36,790 nt of DNA from Methanosphaera sp. (GCA_021199865.1 JAJQHG010000075.1:1-36790); one strand, 5' to 3'. Positions 10,190 to 19,883 are shown, counted from the stretch's first letter. The notes: generated by a model from the letters alone, not told the origin. Numbers and translations: made by a program.

Positions 10190-11643
10190 TAGTCATTCAC
10201 CTCCATAGCACCTAGTATAGCATTTATACAAGCCTTAGCCTTATTTTCACTTTCAAGATATTCATTTTCAGGGATACTATCTGCAACTATACCACCACCA
10301 GCTTGAATATATACTCTGTCATTCTTTTTGACAGCCATTCTAATGGCTATACAAGTATCAAGATTTCCAGTGAAGTCTATATAACCTAAAGCACCACCAT
10401 AGATACCTCTAGGTAGATTTTCAATCTCTTCAATGATTTCACAAGCTCTAATCTTAGGTGCTCCCGATAGAGTTCCAGCAGGTAGTATAGAGTTTACACA
10501 ACTATACGCATCATATTCCGATTTTAACTTTCCTTGCACTTCTGAGCAGATGTGCATAATCTTTGAATACTTTAGGACTTCCATATACTTAGTAACTTCA
10601 ACTGAGCCTATTTTGGATATCTTTCCAATGTCATTACGTCCTAAATCCACTAACATATTATGTTCTGATAGTTCCTTTTCATCTTTCATAAGACCTTCTT
10701 CAAGTTCCAAATCTTCTTTATATGTTATACCTCTAGGACGTGAACCAGCTATTGGGAAAGTAGTAACAGTGCCATCTACTAACTTTACTAGTGTTTCTGG
10801 TGATGTAGACATCAATTCCACATCATCGGTTTTCATAAAGACCATATATGGTGATGGATTAGTAGTTCTTAATACTCTATATGCATTGATTAGACTATCT
10901 TTATATTCACATTCAAAACGCCTTGATATTACTGCCTGAAATATATCACCATCAATGATATACTGTTTAGTTTTTTCAATCTTCTTGCAGTAGGCTTCTT
11001 TAGATACACTACAAGTAAACTTAGGTTTAGTAGTTACTGGGAAATTACCTGTAGGCATATCAGTTATTAACTTTTCAAGTTCTCTAATATCTGTAAGAGC
11101 CTTTTCATAATTCTTATCCACATTATCAGTAGACATATTTACTACTATACAGATTTTCTGTTTTAGATGGTCATATGCTATAACCTTATCAAAGAGCATT
11201 AAATCATAGTCGTTGAAATCACTTTCCTTTAGATTTAGAATAGGTTCAGCATAGCCAATCATAGCGTATGAGAAGTATCCGACAAGACCACCAGTAAAGG
11301 TAGGCATATCTTTAAGTTTGGGAGCTTTATACTGCGACATGATATCCCTAAGTGTATCATAAGGTTCAAGTTCACTGATAGTTTTTTCACCATCTTTTTC
11401 AATGGTAACTACATGATTTTTACAAGTAACTCTAACTATTGGATTAAATCCTAGGAAACTATACCTACCCCATTGAGTACCTTGTTCTACACTTTCTAAT
11501 AAGAAATACTTATCATACTTATTAGCAATCTTTCTTAAAAGTGTGATAGGTGTAATAACATCTGCATAGATTTCCCTACACACTGGAATGATAGTATAAT
11601 CTTTAGAAATTCTATCTATTAAGCTATAATCTGGCTTAATCAT
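10189..11643 (-). CDS. trpE: anthranilate synthase component I
   Basis: FLLESVE, GRYSF, GDIFQAVIS, NPSPYM, EHNMLVDLGRND, PAGTLSGAPK, QAGGGIVADS. Confidence 0.96.
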   Translation of the reverse strand: MIKPDYSLIDRISKDYTIIPVCREIYADVITPITLLRKIANKYDKYFLLESVEQGTQWGRYSFLGFNPIVRVTCKNHVVTIEKDGEKTISELEPYDTLRDIMSQYKAPKLKDMPTFTGGLVGYFSYAMIGYAEPILNLKESDFNDYDLMLFDKVIAYDHLKQKICIVVNMSTDNVDKNYEKALTDIRELEKLITDMPTGNFPVTTKPKFTCSVSKEAYCKKIEKTKQYIIDGDIFQAVISRRFECEYKDSLINAYRVLRTTNPSPYMVFMKTDDVELMSTSPETLVKLVDGTVTTFPIAGSRPRGITYKEDLELEEGLMKDEKELSEHNMLVDLGRNDIGKISKIGSVEVTKYMEVLKYSKIMHICSEVQGKLKSEYDAYSCVNSILPAGTLSGAPKIRACEIIEEIENLPRGIYGGALGYIDFTGNLDTCIAIRMAVKKNDRVYIQAGGGIVADSIPENEYLESENKAKACINAILGAMEVND

Positions 11644-11688
11644 GATATATAATCACCCTTCCATGATATAAAAATTTTCCATATAAAT

Positions 11689-11724
11689 AAAAAAGCTTTT
11701 ATCCCAAAAACATGGGACAAAAGC
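11689..11724 (-). terminator. T-box attenuator terminator
   Basis: Minus strand GCTTTTGTCCCA-tgttt-TTGGGATAAAAGC followed by a T-run. It overlaps the 3' arm of the antiterminator. Confidence 0.85.
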
Positions 11725-11975
11725 AATAAAATGTAACTTCTGCGATACCACCCAAATTGCTATATGTATTAAACATATAACCACTCTTTTATGCACAACC
11801 ATGCACACTCTATTGATAACGGGTTGAGTTCCCGTCAGTTACTACTTATGATTAAAAACCATGTTCGGACTGCCCTCACAGAACCATTCAAAAAAGATTT
11901 CCTATTAGCTTACACCAACCGCTAACTCTCTGTAAGTGAAATGCTTAATCTACTATCTCTGCTCAAAGGTTTAAT
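11690..11975 (-). ncRNA. T-box riboswitch (Trp specifier) in the trpE leader
   Basis: Minus strand shows stem I AGTA and AGAGAG..GGTG motifs, a GAA-TGG specifier (TGG at 11886-11884), the stem IIA/B CCGTTA motif and the T-box AATTTGGGTGGTATCGC (~11758-11742). The antiterminator pairs GGG/CCC and GCAGAAG/CTTTTGT. Confidence 0.9.
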
Positions 11976-12048
11976 TATATTATTTCAATTCACACTCGAC
12001 ATATTATCTGAGTGCGACGTACATACATTTAAACTAAAACTATAATAT

Positions 12049-12078
12049 ATTATACTCTACAAGTTAGTATTTTGTCAA
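12049..12078 (-). promoter_or_regulatory. SigA-type promoter of the trp operon
   Basis: Minus strand TTGACA (12078-12073), 18 nt, TATAAT (12054-12049). Confidence 0.7.
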
Positions 12079-12145
12079 TGGTCATATTGCATAAAAAAAT
12101 GAAATCAATATATGCAATATATACAATTATGGAACGTAGAACACA

Positions 12146-15100
12146 TTAAAACAACGTCATCTGTTCTGTTTTCATAGAGATATGCTCTAGGCGACTGTTT
12201 TTGCTAACATCTCCACTGATGATAGGTTTCTCGATTTTAAGATAAGATTTATTGCTGTAAAGTGGAGTCTTTAATGCAAGTTGATAGATAACGTTGAATT
12301 GATTGGTAATCGAGCTTTGATTTAAATCTGAAAGGCAGATAAGCTGGCATTTAAACTTCTTTGAAACTGCAATCATAGCATCAAGAAACGTTTTTGAAGA
12401 AGTTTTTCCAAAAGGATTATCAATTATAAATACTTTGGAAAAAGTTTCATTTGAACCGTTTGATTCTGAAATTCTATGACGTTCATAATCTATTAACGTG
12501 GAGATAAAAGCAAATGCTGAAATAAACATCTGTGCACCTGAATTTTGAACGATAACATCTTCCCATTTTCGTAGACTTCCAATTCCGTTAGTAGCATCGA
12601 CAGTATAAAGCTTAACGGGAATATGTCTTTTTCCGATAACAATGTTGAGAAGTTCACGGTTGGAAAAAGTTTTTTCAATTTTCTTGCGGAGAAGTTGTTT
12701 ATTATTAACAGCATCAAAATTTTCCTCACGTAGACTTATTAAAAAGTTCTGAAGTGCAATACGCATTGCATTTTCACATTCAGGGTCTGGCTTTTCGGGA
12801 ATATCTATAAAAAGGGTCTGTCGATTTTTTCCATCAAGTTTAACTCTTGAGAGGTTTGACATATCACGGACTTCACTAAAAATTTTCTTACCTTGTTCAA
12901 GAGCCTGTCTAATAAAGATACTCTTCTGATTTTCTATGTTTTCAAGATTATGTTTTGCTAAATTCAACTCATCTTGTAGATATTTACAGCAATCCTTTAC
13001 ACGTTCGTAAATAGGAAAAGTATGTTCAAAGCTGTCGGCATTTTCGGGGGTCATATTTGAAATAAAAGACGTAATTACTTCGTACTCACAATTAGAATAG
13101 TCTGAGCGTACTTTATTGTAGGTACTCTGAAGTTTTTTGTATATTTTGTCAGTTTTCCTCTTATGATTATTCAGTGTATCTATCAATTCCGTTGGATTTA
13201 TCTCATCGATGTTGTCTGTAAAAAAAGAGTGTTTCTTTTTAAGATTATCGCAACTATGATACAACTGATTGTATTTGTTTCTGCATTTCTGCGAAAATTT
13301 TTCATTGTTATTTATTTTTTCGACTATAATTTTTTCCCTATTTTCAAGGAGCTTTTTGCGTTCATTGAAATTTTTCTTTATCTTGCTCATTTCAAGAGGA
13401 TTGTTATAGTCATTATCTTTAAGATTCTTTTCTGTCGCTTTAAATCTTTCATCATATATGATAAGTTCTTTTTCAAGAGTTGTATATTTATTATTTGCCT
13501 TTGAAAGTTCTGCTTCTTTTTCATCTTTATTCTTTTCAGCCATCTCAAAAATTCTTTCGTTGTAGAGAATCTTTTCATACTCTTCACTGTTGACATTAAG
13601 CTTGTTGAGTTCTTTTAATCTATCTGTAGCAGTTTCTTCATATTCCTCAATAGCACTTTCTATTGCTTTTCGACTTTGAGCCTTGTCATTTAAGATACTC
13701 TCATATTCAGCTTCCATTTGCTCGATAGAAATTTTGAGCATATTTCCAATAGTATTGTTATCAAGTTTGGAAAGTTTTCTTTTTGTATTTGAAATAGTTT
13801 CCTCTTTACTGCGTATATTCTCAATGTTATTGCTTTTTTCGGCATTAATTTCGGTAATATCTGATTCAGTTTTTCTTAATCTTTCGTCATTAATATTTAT
13901 ATCTGTTTCAGTTTTGGAAAGTTTTTCTCTGTTAGAAATAAATATCTCATTTTCGGAAAGATAGTTTTCAAAGCACTGCTTATTCTGATTATTCATGCGG
14001 AACTGTTCTTTTAAATTGATAATATCAAACTGTAAATCATTTTTGTTGTTAGTAGCAGTATCTCTTTCAGATTTTATCATATTTATTCTTTCGTCATCGG
14101 AAATAATATGGCTTTTGGTTTCATTTAGTTCACTGTTTTTGGAAGGTAAAAAAGTACTGTCATACTTAAAACTAAGATAATCTTTTTTTGCCAATGAAAG
14201 TTCTTCGAGTTTTGATTTAAGTTCACCTATATTTTTCTCGATTTTTTTCATTTCTCCGTTGAGTTTCTCAAGATATAACTTCTTTCGTTCTTCGTCAATG
14301 CATTCCTTGTTGTAAAGACAAACGAACATACTTTTTTCATCAAGTTCAGCAATTTTTGGAATGTGACTTATATTACGTTGAATATCTTCAAATGTAATAA
14401 TGGGAACAGCTTTATTGACGTTTTCACTGAAAACAGTTTTCTTTATACACTGATAATCTTTTTCCTTAACAATATAGCTAAAGGGGAGCATTGGATTTAC
14501 TTTAAGAAGTAGTTCTCTTTGTTTATCGCTTTTTTCTTCTGCAAGATACTTTTCACCTGTTTCATAATCAATGTTATGTGCATCGAGAATTGCTGAAAAT
14601 TCAGGTGAGGTATGAACTGCACCATTATTTACTGCACTTCGATAAGTTTCTTTTGCATGATAATCTCGTTGAAATTCATCTAATCTTTTCTTATATTTTT
14701 TCTCTTGAAAGTCGATGCTAATCAGATTTATTTCACTATTGTAAAGTTCGCTTTCACTTAAATTGAAAAACTTTAAAGCACTTACTGCCTTTGACTTTGC
14801 TTTTTCAAATTCAGCGATTATGTTCTTTATTTCCAAGCATTTTATATCCAGTTGATGTTTTTCATCTGTCAGTGTAGATTCCTCATTATTAAGGCTTGTT
14901 ATTTTTTCAGAAAGTTTTTCAATTTCAGAATTTTTTGCATTAATAGTGTCGTTTATCAATTTTTTTTTATTTTCGAAGTCAGTTTGTATTTTTAAAATAT
15001 CGTTTTTGTCGTATTCTCCGAGAAAATCTCTTGCAAGGGAAATGTTAAGCTCTTTGAAAACGTTCTGTTCATATTTTTCGAACTGGTCTATCTTGCTTGA

Positions 15101-16492
15101 AAGTTTGCCTTTTTCGGTAAGAAGTACATTATTTATTTTTGTGATTTCTATCTTTTCTAAGGAAAGCTTTTTAATTCTCTTATCTATTTCCATGTTTCTT
15201 TTTACAAGTGATTCAAGTTGGCTTTCTGTTTCATTTATAAGTGCAGAGTAAACATGATTTAATGAAAATACAAGGTCATTGTATCTTGAATTATCATTTT
15301 CTCCTATAAGTTTAGCAAGAGTTATTTTTTTAGCCTCAGCCTTTCCTTTATATTTTTTGTATTCGCCGTAGAGCTTTGTAGCATTCAGTATATTGATACG
15401 TTTTTCTGCTTCATTGTATAAGTTTTGTGCATTTTCCAAATCAATCTGTGCATTTTCAGTTATTTTTTTTTGATTCTCGAATAAATTAAGAGCGGTATAA
15501 TAATCGTCTGAAAGCTTTTCGTATCTTATTATTTCGGTTTGAGTTTTAATCTGTTCAAGTTCATCTTTGCAGTGTTCAGTATTTTCATCGGTAGATTTTG
15601 AACTGTTTAACAGAAAATAATAGATATCAGCAATGTTTTGTTGATGCTGTTCAGTAGCATCATAGCCTTCCATAAGTTCATTTAGATTATCTATGTAACC
15701 GTCCACATCGTTTAAAAAACGTTCATAATATTCTTTGCTACGTAAGATTTCATCGTTGCTATCTATTTCTTCAATTAAGGCACTGAACGTTTCATGAAGA
15801 TTATTTCCGAGTCTTAAGTTGTTGACGATTGTCTTTAGAATCCATTCATCGAAAAGCTTATCAGATGTTTTTATATTCTTAAACAGTTCAGAAATACCGC
15901 CTTCTGTTTCGTTACAGTTTGCGATTGTTTTCCATTCATTTGAATATATACCGTTTTCAGCAAGTTTTTCAAAGTAGTGGTCTTTATTGTCGGGGTGAAA
16001 GTAGTCGAAATCAGTTCCCGATTTAACATTGTTGCGAATGATAGTCCTACATTTTTCATACGATTCAAATGAAACACTTCGACCATTATGGACTATGAAC
16101 GGAACACTCTCAATATCAAACTTACAAGCATCTGTATAGCGGTTTGTGAAAGTAAAATAATTTATTTTTGAAGTGTTGCTTTCATCTGCTGAGGATTTTT
16201 TCATAACGATTCCCGTTAGAAAATATGTAGGAACGGATACGTTGTCGAGCTTCCACTCTATAAAAATAAATGAAGGTTGCTTAGAATAAAGATATGACTC
16301 CATGTTTCTGTCATGAATTTTAATACATGGATTCATAGGTTGCATCATAAGTTGAACTAATACACTTTTTCCACTTCCATTTTTGAGGTTAATTAACATA
16401 TTTTCGCAGTTATAGGAATCATAAATTTCGTCCATGATATATTTTCCATCATATAGAATATTCGCAATTCGGATTCTGTTAATTTTAGGCAT
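12146..16492 (-). CDS. jetC: SMC/MukB-like coiled-coil ATPase, Wadjet JetC (type III-like)
   Basis: 1448 aa with an N-terminal Walker A (LKNGSGKS), very long coiled coils, a C-terminal ABC signature-like NSGAQ and Walker B/D-loop FIIDNPFG. Last gene of a tightly coupled four-gene operon. Confidence 0.85.
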   Translation of the reverse strand: MPKINRIRIANILYDGKYIMDEIYDSYNCENMLINLKNGSGKSVLVQLMMQPMNPCIKIHDRNMESYLYSKQPSFIFIEWKLDNVSVPTYFLTGIVMKKSSADESNTSKINYFTFTNRYTDACKFDIESVPFIVHNGRSVSFESYEKCRTIIRNNVKSGTDFDYFHPDNKDHYFEKLAENGIYSNEWKTIANCNETEGGISELFKNIKTSDKLFDEWILKTIVNNLRLGNNLHETFSALIEEIDSNDEILRSKEYYERFLNDVDGYIDNLNELMEGYDATEQHQQNIADIYYFLLNSSKSTDENTEHCKDELEQIKTQTEIIRYEKLSDDYYTALNLFENQKKITENAQIDLENAQNLYNEAEKRINILNATKLYGEYKKYKGKAEAKKITLAKLIGENDNSRYNDLVFSLNHVYSALINETESQLESLVKRNMEIDKRIKKLSLEKIEITKINNVLLTEKGKLSSKIDQFEKYEQNVFKELNISLARDFLGEYDKNDILKIQTDFENKKKLINDTINAKNSEIEKLSEKITSLNNEESTLTDEKHQLDIKCLEIKNIIAEFEKAKSKAVSALKFFNLSESELYNSEINLISIDFQEKKYKKRLDEFQRDYHAKETYRSAVNNGAVHTSPEFSAILDAHNIDYETGEKYLAEEKSDKQRELLLKVNPMLPFSYIVKEKDYQCIKKTVFSENVNKAVPIITFEDIQRNISHIPKIAELDEKSMFVCLYNKECIDEERKKLYLEKLNGEMKKIEKNIGELKSKLEELSLAKKDYLSFKYDSTFLPSKNSELNETKSHIISDDERINMIKSERDTATNNKNDLQFDIINLKEQFRMNNQNKQCFENYLSENEIFISNREKLSKTETDININDERLRKTESDITEINAEKSNNIENIRSKEETISNTKRKLSKLDNNTIGNMLKISIEQMEAEYESILNDKAQSRKAIESAIEEYEETATDRLKELNKLNVNSEEYEKILYNERIFEMAEKNKDEKEAELSKANNKYTTLEKELIIYDERFKATEKNLKDNDYNNPLEMSKIKKNFNERKKLLENREKIIVEKINNNEKFSQKCRNKYNQLYHSCDNLKKKHSFFTDNIDEINPTELIDTLNNHKRKTDKIYKKLQSTYNKVRSDYSNCEYEVITSFISNMTPENADSFEHTFPIYERVKDCCKYLQDELNLAKHNLENIENQKSIFIRQALEQGKKIFSEVRDMSNLSRVKLDGKNRQTLFIDIPEKPDPECENAMRIALQNFLISLREENFDAVNNKQLLRKKIEKTFSNRELLNIVIGKRHIPVKLYTVDATNGIGSLRKWEDVIVQNSGAQMFISAFAFISTLIDYERHRISESNGSNETFSKVFIIDNPFGKTSSKTFLDAMIAVSKKFKCQLICLSDLNQSSITNQFNVIYQLALKTPLYSNKSYLKIEKPIISGDVSKNSRLEHISMKTEQMTLF

Positions 16493-16495
16493 GAT

Positions 16496-17164
16496 TTATC
16501 CCTCCGTATAAAACATTTCATTAATCTCTTTAACTCTGTCATTTGAAAGATAGTAGTTTATCATAAGGTCATCAAGACGTTGAGTGGTTCTTATTTCAGT
16601 GCCGTTATCCAGAATGGTTATTAGTTTCTGATTTTCAAGGAATCTACAAGCAGACATAACCGTTCCATAACGAGTAGAGCGTTTTTCCTCATCGAAGATA
16701 GTTTTGCTCACCCATAACTCTTTTATATCTTTGAAGTTTACCAAATAGTGTTCCTGTATTTCATCTACATCAACTGTTGAAAAACGCTTGTCAGTTTCGG
16801 CAACAATGTCTTTTATTTGTAAAAATTCAGTATTTTTTGGGTTTGTATTCTTTCCACCAAAAAACAGATACAGAATAAACATAACTATGTAGCATTGCAG
16901 ATAAGCATCTGCAAGACGTGCACTTGCGTTTATGCTCATTCTGATATCTTTCATCGTAAAGCCAATCATGGGATTATCAGGTTTTGGAACAATATAAATA
17001 TCATGTGGAAGTTCTACCAAATCGAAATCCAGTTCTTTAGCTATAATATGTATTTGATTATTTGTTTCCTCATTCCAATAATCGTAGAACAACTCTCTGT
17101 CAGAAACATTGTTGATGTTTCCATTACATACAAGTTTTTTATATATTTTAAGTGCCTTAGTCAT
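16496..17164 (-). CDS. jetB: Wadjet JetB (MukE/kite-like, DUF6063-like)
   Basis: 222 aa immediately upstream of the SMC ATPase with a 3-nt gap. Size and position fit the kite subunit, and the C-terminal helix-strand pattern is winged-helix-like. Confidence 0.7.
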   Translation of the reverse strand: MTKALKIYKKLVCNGNINNVSDRELFYDYWNEETNNQIHIIAKELDFDLVELPHDIYIVPKPDNPMIGFTMKDIRMSINASARLADAYLQCYIVMFILYLFFGGKNTNPKNTEFLQIKDIVAETDKRFSTVDVDEIQEHYLVNFKDIKELWVSKTIFDEEKRSTRYGTVMSACRFLENQKLITILDNGTEIRTTQRLDDLMINYYLSNDRVKEINEMFYTEG

Positions 17165-18732
17165 TAAAATTCACCTCAAAAATTAGATTATTTATGCTAG
17201 TTCTAAATTTAACGACCGTATCATTTCCCATAGAAACAGTATATGATATTATATCGTCACTCTTATGAACTGTTATCTTGTTTATTTTGTAAAAATCATT
17301 TTGCTCAGAGAAAACTTTGAAGAGGCAGTAAGAAAGGTCAAATTCACCTGTAGCCTCTGTTGAAATTTCGTCCTCATTTTTTTTCCATGTAGATATATCG
17401 AGCGTTCCAAATTCATATAGTTTAAGAAATACTATGTATGTATTTTTATCCGAAAGCATTTCATAGAAATTTCCATCTTTTCTGAGATAGTTTAGAAAAT
17501 CTTTCAATGTAAACCTTTTATTCTGCGATGCAAAATGTAGAAGTTCACCGATAAGCCTTACATATTCCGTACTTTGTTTTTCTTTTTTAGTAATCTCTGT
17601 ATCTTCCGTAAAGTTAGGTTCTTCATGAATATTTGTTTCATGTATACTTTCGGCTATAGACTGTTCGGAGTATAACTCTGTAACGTTAAGGCTTTTTTTG
17701 AGCTGTATCTTCATAAGGGGAGTCAAGAGCCTATTAATTTTTTCCATATCATTCACACCACCATTTTCGAGTGGAGTTAGGATATATTTTTCAAAATCGT
17801 ATGTTTTTTTATGCATATAGCGAATCACGTAGCATTTCAACATATATTTCCTTTGTTTTTCTGCATTGTATAATTAAGTCACGTTGTAACTTAAGAGCAA
17901 TTTCAACATTGTTTTCAATCATTGCAACTTCTTTTTTTGCATTTACTTCCTTTTCACTGAGTTCACCGTAACTAGTTTCTTCTTCATTTAGTCTTTTCTT
18001 TGAAAGGTCAATCATTTTGTGAATATCCTGCATTGTACTGTATTCCTGCTCTAGTGTTTGATTAATATCGTTCAGTAAACTAATATATTCTTCAGAGTCA
18101 ACCTGTTTTAAATTATTACGGAGTCTTTTTTCAAACAGTATAAGCTGATTTTCTTTATTTCTTAGCATCTGTATAAGTTCACGGCTTTGTGAAACAGCTT
18201 TTTTGTAGTTCTTCTTTTGTATCAAAAGTTTAAGTCTAAACTCTTCCATTTTAAAACCAAGTTCATCGTCGATTTCTTTTGTGCGAAATAGAAAATTATA
18301 TCCTTGTGAAGTAAGTTTGTAGCCGACCTCTTTTTCTGCTATCATATAATCCTCGATAAGCATAACGGAAATTTCAGACAAACTACCTTTTTCATAGTTC
18401 ATAACGCCGTAGTTATGAACTTTGCCATTACTTCGTAGAATATCCTTAATAAGATATCTTGTTACAGTTTCAATCTGTTGAAGAGAAAGCTGTTTATTAT
18501 AATATGGCATAATATCTTTAAGAAAACTGCTAATTTCACTTAAGGTACATTCTCTGTCCTCGGAAAGAGTACATTCCATTATAAAAACAAGGATTGAAAA
18601 AAGTATGTTATCAATTTCAAAGGGTTCAAACCATGATTCTATTTCAGTATTTTTATTTCTACGGTTTACAATTGAATCAATAACAGCCACAAATTCCATG
18701 CGGTTCTGAAAACGTTCAAGGTAATCTTTCAT
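17157..18732 (-). pseudogene. jetA: Wadjet JetA (MukF/kleisin-like), split by a frameshift into 307-aa and ~220-aa parts
   Basis: ORFs 18732-17809 and 17843-17157 overlap in different frames. Adding 2 nt at CTATATGCAT gives a single 525-aa frame (..RDSLYMHKKTYDFEKYIL..). Lies between jetD and jetB. Confidence 0.7.
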
Positions 18733-18736
18733 TATA

Positions 18737-19783
18737 TCATTTCCTATCTGTAATAAGATTTTCGAGAATATTTTTATTCAAAGCTTCTTGTGGAATATAT
18801 CTGCCATCTGAAAGAATCCACTTGATATTTTCAACGGTTTCTCCGCAAAAGTCTTGAAGAAATAGTGTAATATCAACTTCTTTCTGTTGTTTTTCGACCT
18901 TTCTAAGAGATGTTAAGTTACTAAGTTCAATCAGTTTCACATAGAGCTTTGAAAAAAGCTGTAAATCAAAATCTGTACTTTGTTTTTTTAGCGTTTGATA
19001 GATACCGATTCCTTCATAATCCAAATCACCGAAGTATAAGAAATCGCATTTATGTTTAAGTTCAGTTTCGCAGAAATCGGAGAGTGAAAAACTTTCACGA
19101 ATAACTTTCTTTCCTTCTCCATAAAGAATTCCATCAATTTTATGTTCGAAGAGTACTACTGAGTCATTTACATTACGCATTATTTCACGGAACGAATACC
19201 AAGTATCCTTATTTTCAATAATTAAAACCGTATTTTCTGAAAATCTATTCTTTTCTGGGGTGTAGTAAAAAAACGGTTCAGGGGTATTGTAATAGTTCAG
19301 TTTTTCTCTGAGATTATTCAGTTCAATTATTGTTTTAGCTGTTGGACTGTCAAGAGTTTTTTCATAATTCCATATTTGATATGCTCGTTCATTCTTTGAA
19401 ATACGCCAATTTAGTTTATCTGAATAATCTTTCAAGAAATCACTGAGTGGAAGTATTATTTCACGCTGTTGCTTATATTTATTAACGTTTTTTAGATAAT
19501 AAGAAATACAGAATGAACCCTCAAGATGCTTTATTTCACTTATCAAATCGCTATTATCGGTTTTAGGTTTCAAAATACGATATTTAGTATAAAGTGGAGG
19601 AATCTTGCCATTTGTGAAATCTTTTTTTATAATAGGCTTTATAATACCCTCGCTAATCAACTTAGAAATACAGTCGTGCTGTTCATGATAGTTTTTAAAA
19701 TTAATAAAAGCTGTCAATTCATCAAGTGATATGTATGTTTTACTGTATTGAAAAAGCTTATCTTTTAAATGATTATTACTCAT
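18737..19783 (-). CDS. jetD: Wadjet JetD, Toprim (topoisomerase VI-A-like, DUF2220) nuclease
   Basis: Toprim motifs VLIIENKDT (conserved E) and LYFGDLDYEGIGIY (DxD), plus LYGEGK and a C-terminal YIPQEAL. AAGGAG RBS. Confidence 0.85.
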   Translation of the reverse strand: MSNNHLKDKLFQYSKTYISLDELTAFINFKNYHEQHDCISKLISEGIIKPIIKKDFTNGKIPPLYTKYRILKPKTDNSDLISEIKHLEGSFCISYYLKNVNKYKQQREIILPLSDFLKDYSDKLNWRISKNERAYQIWNYEKTLDSPTAKTIIELNNLREKLNYYNTPEPFFYYTPEKNRFSENTVLIIENKDTWYSFREIMRNVNDSVVLFEHKIDGILYGEGKKVIRESFSLSDFCETELKHKCDFLYFGDLDYEGIGIYQTLKKQSTDFDLQLFSKLYVKLIELSNLTSLRKVEKQQKEVDITLFLQDFCGETVENIKWILSDGRYIPQEALNKNILENLITDRK

Positions 19784-19816
19784 TTTTTACTCCTTGTTTT
19801 GAATAATATTGTTTTT

Positions 19817-19845
19817 ATTATATCACAATTTACTCAAAATGTCAA
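19817..19845 (-). promoter_or_regulatory. consensus SigA promoter of the jet operon
   Basis: Minus strand TTGACA (19845-19840), 17 nt, TATAAT (19822-19817), with an extended -10 TGTG-n. Confidence 0.8.
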
Positions 19846-19883
19846 TCTAAAATTTAAATCAACACTAAATTTTGAGATATTCT

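Noticed and set aside
10433-10939. 168-aa plus-strand ORF antisense to trpE
   Set aside because: Shadow ORF fully inside a well-supported gene, with no recognisable motifs.
12493-16086. Several short ORFs overlapping jetC on either strand
   Set aside because: All are nested within the long SMC frame and have no recognisable motifs.
12146-16492. Housekeeping Smc or SbcC call for the large ATPase
   Set aside because: No neighbouring scpA/scpB or sbcD, non-canonical motifs, and an operon with a Toprim nuclease fit Wadjet better.
17804-17810. A7 homopolymer as the cause of the jetA frameshift
   Set aside because: The run starts within the TAA stop, so changing its length would not restore read-through.
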